Assembly: GCA_002633005.1 (NCBI GenBank)
Contig: NMRA01000015.1
Location: 1,043,933 to 1,107,932 of the forward strand
DNA from: Phoronis australis
Lineage: Eukaryota > Animalia > Phoronida
DNA length: 64,000 nt
Direction of reading: 5' to 3'
Positions 36,801 through 51,800 of the stretch are shown one piece after another. The notes under the pieces were generated by a model, which was not told where the DNA came from, did no database searches, and saw only the letters and a program-made list of their open reading frames with translations. Both the position numbers and the translations under genes were made by a program. The first letter of the stretch is position 1. The number at the start of each line of letters is the position of its first letter.

Positions 36801-39800
36801 GAGTCTTTGAGTAAAAGTGCGTGTATAGCTCAGGCTATGATAGTCTTCCACAGGTCAAAGTTCAGGAATTTCTGTATGAAATTTGACATTACCTTGTAGA
36901 AGTCACCCAGTCATGTCAAAGTTGAGGAAATCAACAATGGTTGCAAAGCAAATATCAGATTCCATAGTGAAGTAATATAATTCACTAATTCAGAGACGTT
37001 GTTTTGGTGATTTGTACATTTTGTACTGCACTGTGCCTCCCTTGTCAATGACTGGATGGCTGGTGTTGTGTAACCCTAAAAGTAATGGTGTCATATACTG
37101 TGGATGTTGGAGTCCTTAATCTCATGGAGTCCTTAATCTCGGTCCATGTTGGGCTTTTATGAGGCTTTGTGATGAAGTCCACCATGTATGAAGAGATACG
37201 GAGAAGGAATCATTGCGGTGTTCTCCTGTTGATTCCACTTTACGGCATTGTCCTGTTGACCCCATCTTGTTCAATTAGACAGCAAAAGAACAAGTTGGCC
37301 AGTTGACCAGTGTAGTCAGTAGCTTAAATCATTCATTTATTTCAATGTGGTATTTATGGTTGGAGGGTCATATCTCTTTTGTTGGATAGTTGCTCAAATC
37401 CGTTTAAGATTGTATCTAGCCTGACTGGAAGGTAGTGTCAAAAACAGTTTGAATATAAACCAATAACAATTCTGAATTCCTGGTCAAATGTCCAGCTACA
37501 ACCCAATCTACTCTATGCCAGCTCAGTACAGTTTCAGAAAGAAGACTGCGATCAGCAGTTAACAAAGGAGCAACATGTTATTGGCATAAGTCTGGTAAAA
37601 CCATTGAATGGGAGAATGCACGGGTTGAATTCCATATAATGTTGCATGATAATTACAGTGTGTTTGTCTCAGTTTCAGCCTTATGAGACCTACTGGCCTA
37701 CTGATCAAGTCTCACACGGTTTGAAAAGAGGAGAACTCATACAGGTCTGTGCTCTGCTAACCCTGATGAAATAATTCTTTCTAGTCTGAGAAACAACTGG
37801 AGGAATAGTTTGTATAAATGTTGGTAATTTGACATGAAAAGCAACACTAAGTAGGTCATTGTTTGCTAAGTAGGTCATTGTTCACTGAGTAGGTCATTGA
37901 TAGTAATGTAGTTGTAAGCTTTTTTGTGTAATTTTTATCACTTTTTTCATACCGATTTTATATTTTCAAGAGAAATTAATTGAACAGACAAATTCTATGG
38001 ACAAGCTTCAGCTCTCCTCATATCATTTGATGTTCATTTAGAAGTGGGGAAAAAGTGTGAAACAATGGTTGGATGTGTATTTCGTTCAACCCAGCTAAAA
38101 TATTATTGGAAGTCATATTCCACCAACACACATTGCCATTCATTGTAGAACGTTGACTGTAAGTAAAAATTGTAAGGTTGTTGTCTGAGCTGTTGCTGAC
38201 TTATCTTTGGTTTCAGGGCACCCTTCGTATTAACCCCAAGAACTACCAAGATGCCTATGTGCCTGATCCGGTCAGTGTGACTTCAAATAGTCTATCTTAA
38301 TTCTAACATTTTTGTGTCATTTAAATGGTGTGTTTTCTTAATCGTTATTCTGTACTTTAAATGCACTAATATCATACTAGGCTCTCCTGCTACAGAATGT
38401 GAAGCGTAGCATTTTGTACTAAGACCAAGTCTACAGGAGCAGGAGACATGTTGTGCAACGTTCAGTGGATATAGCTGTGAAGTATTGCTACATGGCGATA
38501 TTCTTTGAAGTCATCATGCTGTCAAATTACATTTTTGATCAGTGGGATATTAAAATGACTCCCACAAAAAGCCAGCATTGAAGAGTCAGTTCAGCACCTC
38601 CTGTTCAGCAAAGTTCCGGATTGGTTCATTATGCTAGAAAATTATGTGTCAATGTTTGTTTTTGTGTGCCAATGCTGTCAGGATTTGTGTCTCCCAAATA
38701 TTGTGTCTCCCAAATATTGTGTCTCCCTAATAAAAGTGCGTGACTCAAACCATCGCTCTATCTGCTCTCACTTGTCAGCAGAATGCTTACGTGTGGCTTT
38801 CTTCATTTTATAGAATGGTCACTCAGATATCTACATATCAGGGATGCGAGCGAGGAACAGAGCTCTGAATGGAGATGTTGTTGCTGTTCAACTGTTAGCA
38901 TCTGATGAATGGAAGGTGATTTATTTCCTTCTGTTACACTATGCTTTATTACTGAAACTGGATTCAGTCTTACGTTTTGCCATATCATCTCCTTGTGGAG
39001 CTTACAGTTATACTGGCACTTGGTGATAAACTATTGCCATGAATAGGCTGAGGCTTGAAACAACTCTACTAATGCTGTGTTGACAGATATGACTTACAAG
39101 TGATATTTTTCAATAATGTTCAGGTTAATTAAGTATAGCTACTTGTTTGACTATTCAAGGTCATCCATTTGTAGAAACCAGGCCAGTTTAGTATGTTTTC
39201 TCCAAATCAGTCAGTGATCATTCATTGATTGTATCTTATCTAATTATACCATTAGGTGTTGGAAGACGACTTAAAATTTGATGCAGAGAAGCCCAGCGGA
39301 TCATCAAACAATTCTGGCCAAGAAACTCTTCCACCTTCTGTTGAGGAAGCGGTCGATGGTGTTGCCACTATGGCTATCAGTACAAGCCATACTGCTGCAG
39401 CGTCTGGTACCTCTGAGGCAACTTCTGTCGCTGAAGGCCAGACTGAAATGCCCCACACACCGAATACAAAGGCAACTCCTGACAAGAAAAAGCAGACGCC
39501 GAAAAAACCGCCTAATTCTGCCCGGAACTCTCCTCGCTACACAAGCGTTAAGTCGTTCAGGGATGAGAAACCAAGTGTGGCGAAGAAGTTGTTTCTTAAC
39601 AACATGTCCGATGATAGTCATGCAATGAAGTATCTTATGAAAACTGGGAAGGTCAGTATGAAAATTATTATCATGAAGGCTTTTACATTCTGAATTGTTG
39701 CTTGCTAATTATGATTCTATGAGTATCCCAGTCCGTAGAGTGTTCTAATGCAGAATCTGTTGTATCAACTTGCTTATGTAATTCTAATTCTGTTATGACA

Positions 39801-42800
39801 TCAATTTTTATGCTTACAGTTCCAAATCTGTGAAAGTGTAGCTTCATGAGAGTTTTATGCCAGTTCTTAACAAAGCAAATATAGTGGGCATGGTTTTGTT
39901 TTTTAACTGACAGTGTCAAATAAACTGTGTGTTTTTGGACTTCAAAAGTGTGAGAAATAGTTCCTTCTTGCTCTTGTATATTGAAGTCTATATACAATAT
40001 GTACATATTAAGCCTTTAACCATCTTCAAGCATTGAACAAATCCAACTTGTCCACAGTCCATAACAACAGCTACTGCACAATGCAAATAGCTGTGATTGG
40101 TTAATCCCACTGCTGCAGGTCAATTGAGCTAATATATATAGTAGACAGAACCAGTATACTTGAACACGATTCCTTAATATCAAATATACACAGAAAACAG
40201 GAAAGCAAGGATGGTTTTGTGAATTTTTTTTTCATCCATAACCTATTTTTGTGCGACTCCAACTGTTTACTTAGATCAACTAACAGTTCGTATCATCTCC
40301 ACCAGGTGGTGACAGTAGTGGAGAAGAAACACAGCCGGTGTTGCACTGGAAACATCAAGCTAATGGCTGACAACAATCGTGAGAAAGTGTTATTCTCACC
40401 TATGGACTACAGAGCACCACGCATACATATCCCCATGTCTGACTGTCCCAAGGGTAAATACTCCTCCACTAGTAATGATGGTATACCTTCTAGTGTATGT
40501 TCATCTTTACCAACAGATGGCACTAGGAGTTGGGCTAAAGTTTCCAGTCTTTTGATAGCGAGATTTTGTGTCACTGATATGTTCTTTTCTTCGTGATTTG
40601 TTTTGTTGCCATCCTCAAAAATTACATTGCTTTGTCATGTAAGTATTCATAATGTCAATCTTGAGAAATCTTAGCTTTTACAATTTTAGAAATAACCAAG
40701 TAATTTGACATTCCAGCTTAGGTGCCCATTAACTTTCAGTGACTGTCATTTAGCAAGGTCATAAGCTTTCTCAGGTAACACTTGTGAGATCTTAAATTGC
40801 ACTGGGATGATGTTGCATGATCTTTGCCAAATTTACAAAACACCTTACTGAACAAGACCGGTGCTTTTGAAGAACAAACTCTGAGTTTTTATTGAAGCAC
40901 TTCACAGTTGCCGAACACAAAAACAATGTATTTTAGCTTGTATTTACCAAGTTTAACATATTTCAACAATTCACGTTCTCATTAATGTGATTTGCTCATT
41001 TAGTGAATTGGTATTAAAAGGAGTTAATGATGTTCTACAGATTTTGCGGAGAGACCAGAAGACCACAGCAAAACGTTGTTCATAGCCAGGATAGAAGATT
41101 GGCCAGAAAACAGTTCCTGTCCCTCTGGGTAAGTACAGTAGTCGTTTAGGTTTGTCTAAACAAAAATTATGTCGGATCAAAACTTAAATTCCTGCCATGA
41201 AAATGATAATCTTTTCACGATACATCATTCTGCATACTTCCAGTTTGATATCTATGGTGGTCATTGCCTGGACGTTTTGACTTCACTCTAGAGTTCGCTG
41301 AAAAATACTACAAACCAATGTTTCAGACAGAGTTACAACATGGTAGACAACTGAATTTTTATTTTTTCACGAATAAGAAAAGTTGCTCTATGCTTTACCC
41401 TGACTGTAAGTGTTATACCATAGACCATGACTCTTAGTGTTTTTTAAGATTTGATTCAATAAATTTCAATTCATTCAAAATCACTCAATACCATTTAAAA
41501 TAATTTCTTAAAAATTCCTATATCTTGTGGCAACATCAGTGACTTAGCTATGGTGGTGGGGTGGCCATCCACTTTGGGCTGCACGCAATAGTTTATAGGA
41601 AACAATTTGGTCATCCTGGCGTTGGGGTGCTGAGGGTAGTACCCATCTCTGTCTGAATGACTTTTGAACAAGCCTGTTTTGGAGATTGCTTTCTTTTTAA
41701 GTATTGTTTTAAAATAGTTGGTTAAGTGAAATGGGTTACCTCAACGGAAATGTATTACCAGTTCAATTCCCCTGTTTCATAAATTACTCATCAGTCTGAC
41801 AGATATGAGCTACAATTTTTAACTAACTTGGATGGAAAACTCACATCCATCCTGCGAAGTGCAGTAAATTGTATCTCTCTTATTATGCTAAGTGGCTGGA
41901 AGAAATATTTCAGCATTCTTTGACAGGCCAGGCGCTGGCCCATGCTCTGCGCAAGCTAAAATGAACGTTACTTTGCAAACATCAGACCTTTTTTTTCCAG
42001 TATATTGATCCAGTGAAAGACAAACCATCACTCAACAGACTGAGTATTGGAGATTACTACTATAACTAAATTTAAAGCAAACTCTTAACAACCTTATTAC
42101 TGAATGAAAGACATCCGTCTTTTTTCAAAAGTAAACACGAACACTCACTAAAAGCTACAAATCAATTAACATCTATTGACTTCCCTCGTGGCTGCGTTTA
42201 GAATAATTATTATCCTGTAAATTTGTTGGAAATATAGAGCTTTATTTTATGCAGTTTATACACAAAATGAACATTCAAGAAATTCTATTTCACTTTTAAT
42301 TACTTTGTAGTATACAGCTAATCATAAATCAACAGTTGAGAAAGTTAAGCCTATTTGTCACTGTAGTAACCTGTCGGGTATGATATGCCTGCATTTTGAG
42401 AACCAGTTTTCTCCACTGAGTAAGGGGCGTCAAACTGGTTCTCAAAATATGGACACATCATATCCGACTATTGCCACATTAATCTGCTTTTCAGATGTAG
42501 AATATCGATGGCTGTGAATTTTGTTTGTAAGAAATAACAGAAGAGTTACAGTAACGGCTCTACAATTTCGCACATTCTAAATTTTTGCTCATTCTAAATT
42601 TTGCCCACCCATAATTATTTAACAAAAACAATACTTTAACCTTCTTTTAATTTGAACGTGGTCTAGAAGTCCGCATGTTTACTTTCTGTTCATTCGCACA
42701 TCCCTTGTGTCGAAAGCATGTTGTCATATTTCTAAAATTTCGCATACCAATTATTAGCCTTGATCATGTTTACTTTCTATTCATGCGCACATCCCTTGAA

Positions 42801-45800
42801 AGTGTGCTAATGTGCTTATAAAACCGACTTTCCCACTTATATTAATGCCGAAACATTCAGCTCTCTATTAACTCGCACACTGTTTGACAACGACTTTTTA
42901 CTTTCTATTCACTTCAAACACTGGCCTTACAATATTTCTGGCCATTCTACTATTTTCGCACACCCCTGCCTCTTAAAAAAATTAATTTTTTATTTCGTGC
43001 GGAATTGTAGAGTGGTTACTGTACTGTAATATGTATTTTGTTGGTCACATGTTTCTAAATGAACTTTAGCCTTTAGTACCTTTTTCATACATCTGGTTCA
43101 TGCAGTTTCTTGCTGGATCTTGATTTCCTTGACACCTGTCCACTTACTTAATTCAGTTTGCCGTCGTTGCTTAGCAACGATGTTCAATGAATTACTAAAA
43201 CAACAGAGCTACTTTATTCTAATGCACCTTGAATACCTTCATTTCTTGATAATATATCTGTTGCTGATGATGCACGTTTTTGTCATAATTTTAAATAGCA
43301 TACAGATGTACTGACCTCAGGGCAATGTGGCATGTACATGGATGGGCCTGTGTTAACATTGTCTGGTTTTTGTGACACATTTACAACATTGCATATGTCT
43401 GAGTCACTTTAGTTAGCAAAGGTACCATGTAGCGAAGGTACCATGTTGTTCGTGTGGTAAGATCTCACCAATTTAGGACACAAGATGGCTGACAAATAAA
43501 ATTTTATTTCATCATTTTTTGATAAAAGATAAGTTACACTAAATGATTGCTGTATCATTTTAAAGATATATACTGTAAACTCGTGGGTTAACGCCCATGT
43601 CTGGGTAATCTCCCATCCGCGACTTTTTGCCTATCTTCGTTTTAAGCGTCCACTGCTTGGGTAATCGCCCACCCCCCTGTCTCAGGGTTTCCTAATTTAA
43701 GCGCCTAGGGCGTTAACCCGCAAGTTTACGGTTCCATAGTTACCATCAGGCAATGGTTATGAGGAATTGTGGGTATTCACAGTAAAGTTAGAAGCCTTTG
43801 CTAGACGATAAAAGGCCCCCTTTTGGCTATTATTGTTTGTCCGAAATTGATGAGAATTTACCATAATTGAATTGTTGACGTGAATTGGGTTGTTGTGGTC
43901 AAAACACCAATGTACCAACAGTGCCTGAACATGTCCAATAAACACCAAATATACCAACAGTGCCTGAATATGTCCAATAAACACCAATATACGAACAGTG
44001 CCTGAATATGTCCAATAAACACCAATATACCAACAGTGCCTGAATATGTCCAATAAACACCAATACCAACAGGGCCTGAATATGTCCAATAAACACCAAT
44101 GAATATACCAACAGTGCCTGAACATGTCCAATAAACACTGATTTACCAACAGTGCCTGAATATGTCCAATAAACACTGATATACCAACAGTGCCTGAATA
44201 TGTCCAATAAACTGATGATCTGTTCTGATATGTGTGAACATGAAGGCCAGTTAATTTGAATGATTTATTTAAGGTTATGTAGGACCATTTCAAAATTTCC
44301 AAATTTGGCCAACTTTGGAATATCATTTGTCAGAAATGCCTGATCATATTGGTATTAACTTTCAGATACTATGCTTGATGCACTGTTTTTAAAGTTTTCC
44401 ATTTTTGCATGTTAATCTATCAACAAATAAAACTTTCATAATTTTCGTGAAAAAAATTAAGTTGCATGAAACAAAAACAAAATGACATTTTAGGAAACTA
44501 TAACAGAATTTTCGGGATCTCATCCTAAATATTTACACCAAATAAAATTTGATTGTGTTTTTAATACTGTTGTTTTGCTATCCTCTTACCATTCTATTTT
44601 GCTAAATTTCACTAAAAACTTGCTCACATGACACAATTAATGGCAGATTGGTAAAAATCAAAAATCAAATTCTACAGGCTTTCCACGTTCAGAAAATTTA
44701 TACGTTTATCGAGTTAAAATCTAAAGTTTAAGCTATTAGTAAATAGGTAGACTTGTTATTGAAGTACTACATAAAATTAAATGTTACTAAATTCCACGTA
44801 CGATGTTGAGTTTACCAGCGACCGTTATTTCTCAGTAAAAGGACTTGTTAAAAAGACACGCTAATAAACATTTAGCGATCCATTAAGCAAATTTTACCAT
44901 TTAAATTATCCCAGATAATTTTAACGTTAAAACATTTTAGCCCTTTTGTTTATTTTTACTTTCCAAATTCTTTTTCATCTATCTATGAGTATTTACAAGA
45001 CAATCTTCTTCAACAAGTTTTTGGTGTCATGACGGAACTGTTTACGAGCCATCAAATAAATCAGAGGATTTACCCAATTATTAATGAGAAATAAAAAGAA
45101 AACCTCGCGTCGATAGGGTATAACATCAAAGCGAACCAAGAAGAATGGCAACCACGAAAACGTGAAGATAAGCGTGATTATGAGTAACACTTTAGCCATG
45201 TGAAAGTGAGCCGATCGTGGCACATCCGATGTTGTTTTTACTGTCGACCCTCTGACGGGAAGCACAGAAACTGTTTGTTTGTCAGATTTTCCCTTTGATT
45301 TTTCCTTGTTGACTTCTTGTCTGTTTCCATCCAAATCCACACTGGTTTCTAGTTCGCGGTGCTTGGATGTGGAGGGTGCTACAATGTTTTTCCGCATCGT
45401 CTTCTTTTTGTGGTGTTGAGATAACATCTTTCTGAATGTTATTGAATATAGTACTGTGATTGTTAAGACAAATGACATGTACTGAAGAAAGACAAGGAGT
45501 CGTAGAATCCGGGCCATGTCTTCATGGAAATATTTGAAGTCGTAGCCAAAACGACAGTCACCAGTCTGTATAGTTATTTCTGTACCAGAGTTCAAATGCA
45601 ATGTGAAATTGCCTCCCACAATCAGACTGAGCGGGATCGCTTGTATCACAGAAAATCCACTGAGTATCAGAGTCGTGTATTTTGCTCTTTTCATCGTTAC
45701 AATGAAATCCAGTGGCCTGCACAGAGCAAAGTAGCGGTCAAACGCAATCATGATCAAAGTATAGGTAGACATGCCTACCGTTGTATATTCACACCAAGCA

Positions 45801-48800
45801 AATACTTTGCATACCCAGTCATGGGGTACCAAGGCATATGTGACTGCCACTGTAAACGGAATGACTGAAAAACACGAGAACATGTCTATGATGGCAAGAT
45901 TTGTCATGAAGAACGTTGACGGATTGTTGTGGTATTTCTTTCTGTGAACGATGACGACCAGTAAGTTACCAGGGATACCAAGAATGAAAAATATCACCAA
46001 CATTACCGTCAGTATTGTGTTGTAAGATTCAGATAACTGTTGGTGAAACCATGCTATGTAACGTAACTCTAGTAAAGTCTTGTTAAACTCGCCGTCAGTG
46101 CTAGTAGTCAGTGCTGGAATTTCAACAATCTTCCAGGAGCAGTTATGCGATCCAAGTATGCTGAGAGCACAAATGGGTACCGTTGTTCTGTTCATTATAA
46201 TAGTTCTCAGCAATCTAGTCGTCCAAATTTCTTGACGGTGTTTTCAAGACTTTGTCAAATTTTGAGGTCTTCTTCATTCTTGTCATATCCTGAAAGACAT
46301 TGTCTTGTCTTAATACAAAAATTCAACAAGACATAAACAAACTTTGCAATGCATCTTTACCTGGTATTACTGAGGGTGTAACTCATTATTGTACAAGTGG
46401 GACATAACTATGGGAAGTTTTGCCAAATAAATGTCAAATGTTTTTCTGAGCTAGTTTTACTGTAAGCTGAGAGGAAGTCACCTGAAACATGTTACTTTAC
46501 GGGGCTTGCTGTTTTTTTTTGTAATTTTGACTTTCGTTTAACCATCTTGATGGAAAGACTGTCAGCTCAAAGTATGATGATGGTGTTTAAATAAACGACA
46601 CCGAAACATGTCAAGCCGTTTCAAATCCATTGTTGTTTTTATTAATAAATTATCAATTAATTTTTTCTGATTCCTTATCAATTTTTGCCATAAATTTTAA
46701 ATGACAAAGCAAGATGAATTTTAACAATATTCTTCGAATTTTATTTGAAAACTGCAGATTGCCAATTATCATAACTGTAATGGTATGGATTATGATACTA
46801 GTAAATACCAACATTATAATAATATAATATTACCAATAATAGAATAATAATAACCAGCAACATCTAAGGACTATCAATAATGATAATTAATAATTAACAT
46901 TTCCTACAACAAACAATAATAGCATATTTTATTTAATATTACCTACAACAAGCAATTTTAATAATAATATCAATAATAAACAATTAGTATTACCAGCAAT
47001 AATAACAATAATCTAAATACTCTTGATAATGTTGATTATGACAATAATGATAATAATAGTAATAGTAATTGTAATAATATCAAACATTGTTATGTCTTTA
47101 GTAGCAGTCGTAAGAGTTAGTAGTGTAATCTTAGAAAAAAATGGTGGGGACATACAGAGGGAAGATGTAAATACTCTTACTTGGCGTGAAATTTACTTTA
47201 ACTTTAACCACAATAAACAGTTGTCGGCAATTCACTGAGTTTGTGTTCTGCAGCCACTGCAAGCCTAATCGTAAAATTGTATTTAATTAAACATTTATTA
47301 ATTGTGTGTTAGTCTGATTCTTCATGTAACTGTGCTATTGAGTCTTTGTGCTTCAGGTTTTAATCAGTGCTTTTACATGTTTATTGGTTGCTGAGCAACT
47401 CATACTCTTTTGAATGGACTAGTGAGATTCATGTTATTTGCAGTTCGGTTGTGTAATCACTACACCTAGTGGTAAGACACATAAACATGTTGTCAAAGTT
47501 AATATGTTTAGATACAATAGTTATCGTCAAGTACTTAAGTCACCCTTAAGTGGTTTTTACTCAAAGCAAGTTATGGCCTTCCCACCACAGGACAAAGTTT
47601 GTTCCTAAAAAGAATCATCAAATTTTACCTTTCATTTTGGAAATAATGATGCGTTCATGAATTCTTTTCCATATTTGAATTCTTCAATGTATCTGTCATT
47701 GCAGTCAAGTTTCACCAATTTCAGACAAAAATAATTACAAAAATTTTAATTTTTCATTTTTCAAACTATATTGACAATAAAATAAACAACAATTCCGATA
47801 CTTATATTTTTCTTGAGAAATTTTGAAAAATAAAATTCCTTTTTTCTGGCATATGGTGAATAACTATTGGCTTTATATGTAGCTCAGTTTTTGTTGTATT
47901 CGTGAGCTGCCAATAACTTCTGACTTTTATTTATTTCATGTACCTTCTAAAAGTAGTCATTCACTTACCTTACATGATGGAGAAAGCTAAGATTTCCTTC
48001 CTGTGTGTCACTTAGCAAATTAATGTTCCTTTTAGTTGCATGTTATGAGCAAAGAAAAATTGATAAACTCTAGGTGACAGGCAAAAGTAATCATAATCAA
48101 AACCTTGTGTTGAATATTACTCAGCTGTAGACTGACGATTTGCCATTTTCCAATATATATATATATACACAATAGCGTCAACTAATAGGTCTCGTGGCGA
48201 GATTGTGATAGGGCAGCGGTGTACAGCGTTTTGTATTATTGTATGGATTTAATACAGTGGGATATTTACCAGCTCTTATTCTTTGTGGTGGTCATGACAT
48301 CAAGTTGCCATTGTTGTGCGGTGAGATAGTCAAACGATTAATACAAAAAGTTCAACATCTCAAAATGTTGATGATTGAAAGAATTTGCATTGTGTCCCTG
48401 TCAACTTGGCTTGTTCCGAACACCAGAATTAGAAGTTGTGCGAAGCGAAGACACTTTTGTGCTCTCACATTGTTAAAGAGTAGTATGTAGAATGCTTTCC
48501 ATTGCATTCTAACTAACTTCTTTATTTGAAGCGATTGTGGTTGGCCATTGGGGGCAAATGTCACCCATGAATTAGGTTGGTAATTACAAGCATAATTGAC
48601 GAAGCTTTATCACTTTACAAATGAATACTGTAGCTTGAATAAAAGATTCTCTTTCAGTTTTATTTCAAGTGAAAGCTTTCAGTGCAAACCAATTTGGTTA
48701 AAAGCAAGCATTGATCCTTAATTATAATTTGATTTTTCAAAAGGAGAATTTTAACTGAAATTTGTTTATTTTGGTGGTGCACCAATGAGAATGCTGTACG

Positions 48801-51800
48801 TACCAAATACCCCATACCAATTGCATAGTCATATTACTAAGAAATATAATAGTAGAATAGCTATCATTTATGAAGTATTTGGCTATAATGATATTAAAGA
48901 AAAAAAAACAAAAAATCTTACCATTCACATGTTTAAGTTCCTGCAGTACTTATACATTCTGTATCTCAACTCTGTTCTGAACTCCTCTTGACTCCCATGT
49001 AGGTCAAGCTTACTTTGTTACTGGGGCGTGATAGCTCCCTGTTTGTGTTATGGTCAACAAAGTCACATGCAATAACAAAGTACCTGTTAATTAAAGACTT
49101 GAGTCTAGTTTAAACTTGCTGGCAAATGTTTTGTCAAACACTTCCATTGATTTTTCATTATGAACTGAAATGCTGGCTTTTGAGAGTGAAACAGTTAGTG
49201 TATTGGGTGGAGTTGGCATTTGATTTTTCATGTACATGAGAATAGAATATGATAAGATCAATGTAAATGGCAACATAGTTTCTCAACGAAAGGAAGTCTC
49301 CGTGAAGTTTGAATTAAATGGGTTGTTTAGTTTGATGTTGCTTCTAGGACCTGTATAGGAAAATGTCCAATCTTTGCCAAATTCTGAACAACATCGTATC
49401 TCAAAAATGGCTGATTGGATTCATATTAAGCTTTCAGATACTAGTCCACTATGGTTTATACATTGTGTTCTCTAATATGGCGGCCGATAGGAATTTTTTA
49501 AAAATATTTTTTCCTCATTTGTATTAGGGACTATCAAAAATAGGATTTATATGATTTCTGTGAATTTTGTTATAGTTGCTTAGAACAAAAATGAAGCATA
49601 GTTTAGAAAACTGTAACAGTGTTTTTTAGGTTTTAACCTTACCATTTACCGGGGTATATCGTACAAAATTTGATCATGTTATTGATCCTGTTGTTATGGT
49701 ATGAATTTACCTTTCTTTTTTGCTCAATTTTCCTTAAAAAGGTAAGGTCACGTGACCTAATTAGTATGATATCAAAATCAAATTCTGAAAAATTTCTGCT
49801 TTCATAAAGTATGTGCAGTACTTTTGCCGAGATAAGTCCTATAGTTTTATGAATATTTGCCCAAGTGTACAAACTATACGGTCTCATATACAACCTTGAT
49901 ATTATTAAAGGTAACTTTGAAGAGACATCTGTTGGTGGTTTCAACTCTAAACAATTATGTCAGTGTGCTTCTGAAGCAGAATGCTTAATTTCTTGATAAT
50001 ACTAAAATTATTTCAAAAAATTTTAAACCGAATTTACTATCAGGAAATACTGTTCTCAACATTTCTATGGACATGTGACTATGATCTGAAATGTCAAATG
50101 AAAATTTGTAAATTTTTAAGTCTTACCCAAATGTTCTTTGTCTCAATACTCTCAGTTAAAGTGGAACTTGCATGCTATATTCCTTATCTCTGTGATTGCT
50201 TGGTCAAAATGTTTAGAAACGCAACATATAGCGATGATTTGAATATGAAGTAGGTTGAAAATCGCCAATTTTTTAAAGAACAAGTTTTGTGTCGAAACTG
50301 ATGAACCTTGTCTAATAAGTATCGTGACATGCTGCAGGGGAAATGCATGGCACAATACGGACTATGTTAGCCCGCGAGGTTATCATTAGTGCATGGATCA
50401 CCTACTCGCAGAGTTTTTTGTTTTCACATTTATAAGTTGTCTATGAATACAACTGCATTTTGTTAATGCAGATTATGTTAAAATGGCATTGCCGTTTAGT
50501 TCCTGCAATGCATTAGCACAGTTAGGAACATGCAACTACGTCTCTTTAAGGGTATGTCAGCTTTTTCGTACCACCCATTTTAAAAGTCTTGCATTGGCAG
50601 TTTTTTTGCAGCTGATGTACTCTTTCTGTCTCCCAACTAATCTCTCTAAGTGATGGGTACTCTGTCACTGTTGGTGAATATTAAGTTCCAGCATTTTGAC
50701 GGCATTTGAATTTTCACCACGAAAGCATTAATTTGAAAGGCTAATAATCTTTATTAAAGTTGGAAGTGTTTTGAATAGTGTTCATGTGAATGAATTCCCA
50801 CTCTGCTGAGAATTTAATTGTCTCGTTCAGTGGCGAGTCTATTCAAATAAATGTTCTTGATGATATTTGATTGATGATGCTGAAATCAAATTCACTGAAA
50901 AAGCGTCGTGCATCACAAATGCAAAAAAATACTTTCCTGTTTTCCCTGTGGGTTCTGTCAGAACCGAATCTTAATAGTTTGTTGTCATTTTGCCAAGTGC
51001 AACCAGTTTGCATGTGCAACAAATAAAATAAATAGTATTCATTTCATTGAAAAATTTTCATAGTTGAGAAATTGTACAGGATGTTCCAAAAGATTGACTT
51101 GATCTAAAATTACTGCACTTACAATCACAATATATAAGTTTTTCCTCAAATATGTTGAGGTCAATGTCATCGATTGACAATGTTTCAGTCTATTCGAAGA
51201 CACCCAATACATTTTCCGCAATTGTTGTTAGAGAATGAAAGGATATTTTTGTATCAAAATTAAAGGTGATTCAGTTTGATGTATAACATACTAAAGATTT
51301 GGTTTGATTTGAAATTTAACCATCTTAGCCCCCAAACTTGGGTACAACATCTCTAGTGTGTTCAACTAAAAAGAAAATCTTTTTCACCTTTTTTCTGCTC
51401 TTAATTTCTATGAAATTGAGACAGTGAACATAATTTATATGTATGTATGTTCAGTTGAAAAATCTTGAAATTATCATACATACTATAGCAAATGTATTTT
51501 GGACAAAGAAATAAGCCCAAAGTGAAAAACACATAATGGATGGCTCACAGTGGTTCATGGTTTTTGAAACATGACTATAGTTTGAAATGCTAAACGTTCA
51601 TTTTATTCCCTTTTATGAAATGAATATTGAAATCATAAAATTAAGGTTCACGAATTTGTCTCATAAGTTTTTCTTGTTATTATGGGAATTAGTTTCTAGT
51701 CTCAAAAGGCAGTAAAGGATCGCTTGGCGTTGCTTTTGATCGGTTGATCGGTTTGGTTTAGGGTGGATCTTTAAGGTAGACCACTGAGCATTAGGAGACT

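Noticed and set aside
43757-44326. 189-aa and 102-aa repetitive ORFs; superficially CRISPR-like periodicity
   Set aside because: These come from a ~38-bp minisatellite with no unique spacers, no cas genes and a eukaryotic context.
45524-45868. 114-aa + strand ORF (and the shadow ORFs at 39252-39628)
   Set aside because: These are antisense or alternate-frame shadows of real coding exons.
47023-47238. Hydrophobic 71-aa ORF resembling a membrane peptide
   Set aside because: It is the translation of an (AAT)n microsatellite.
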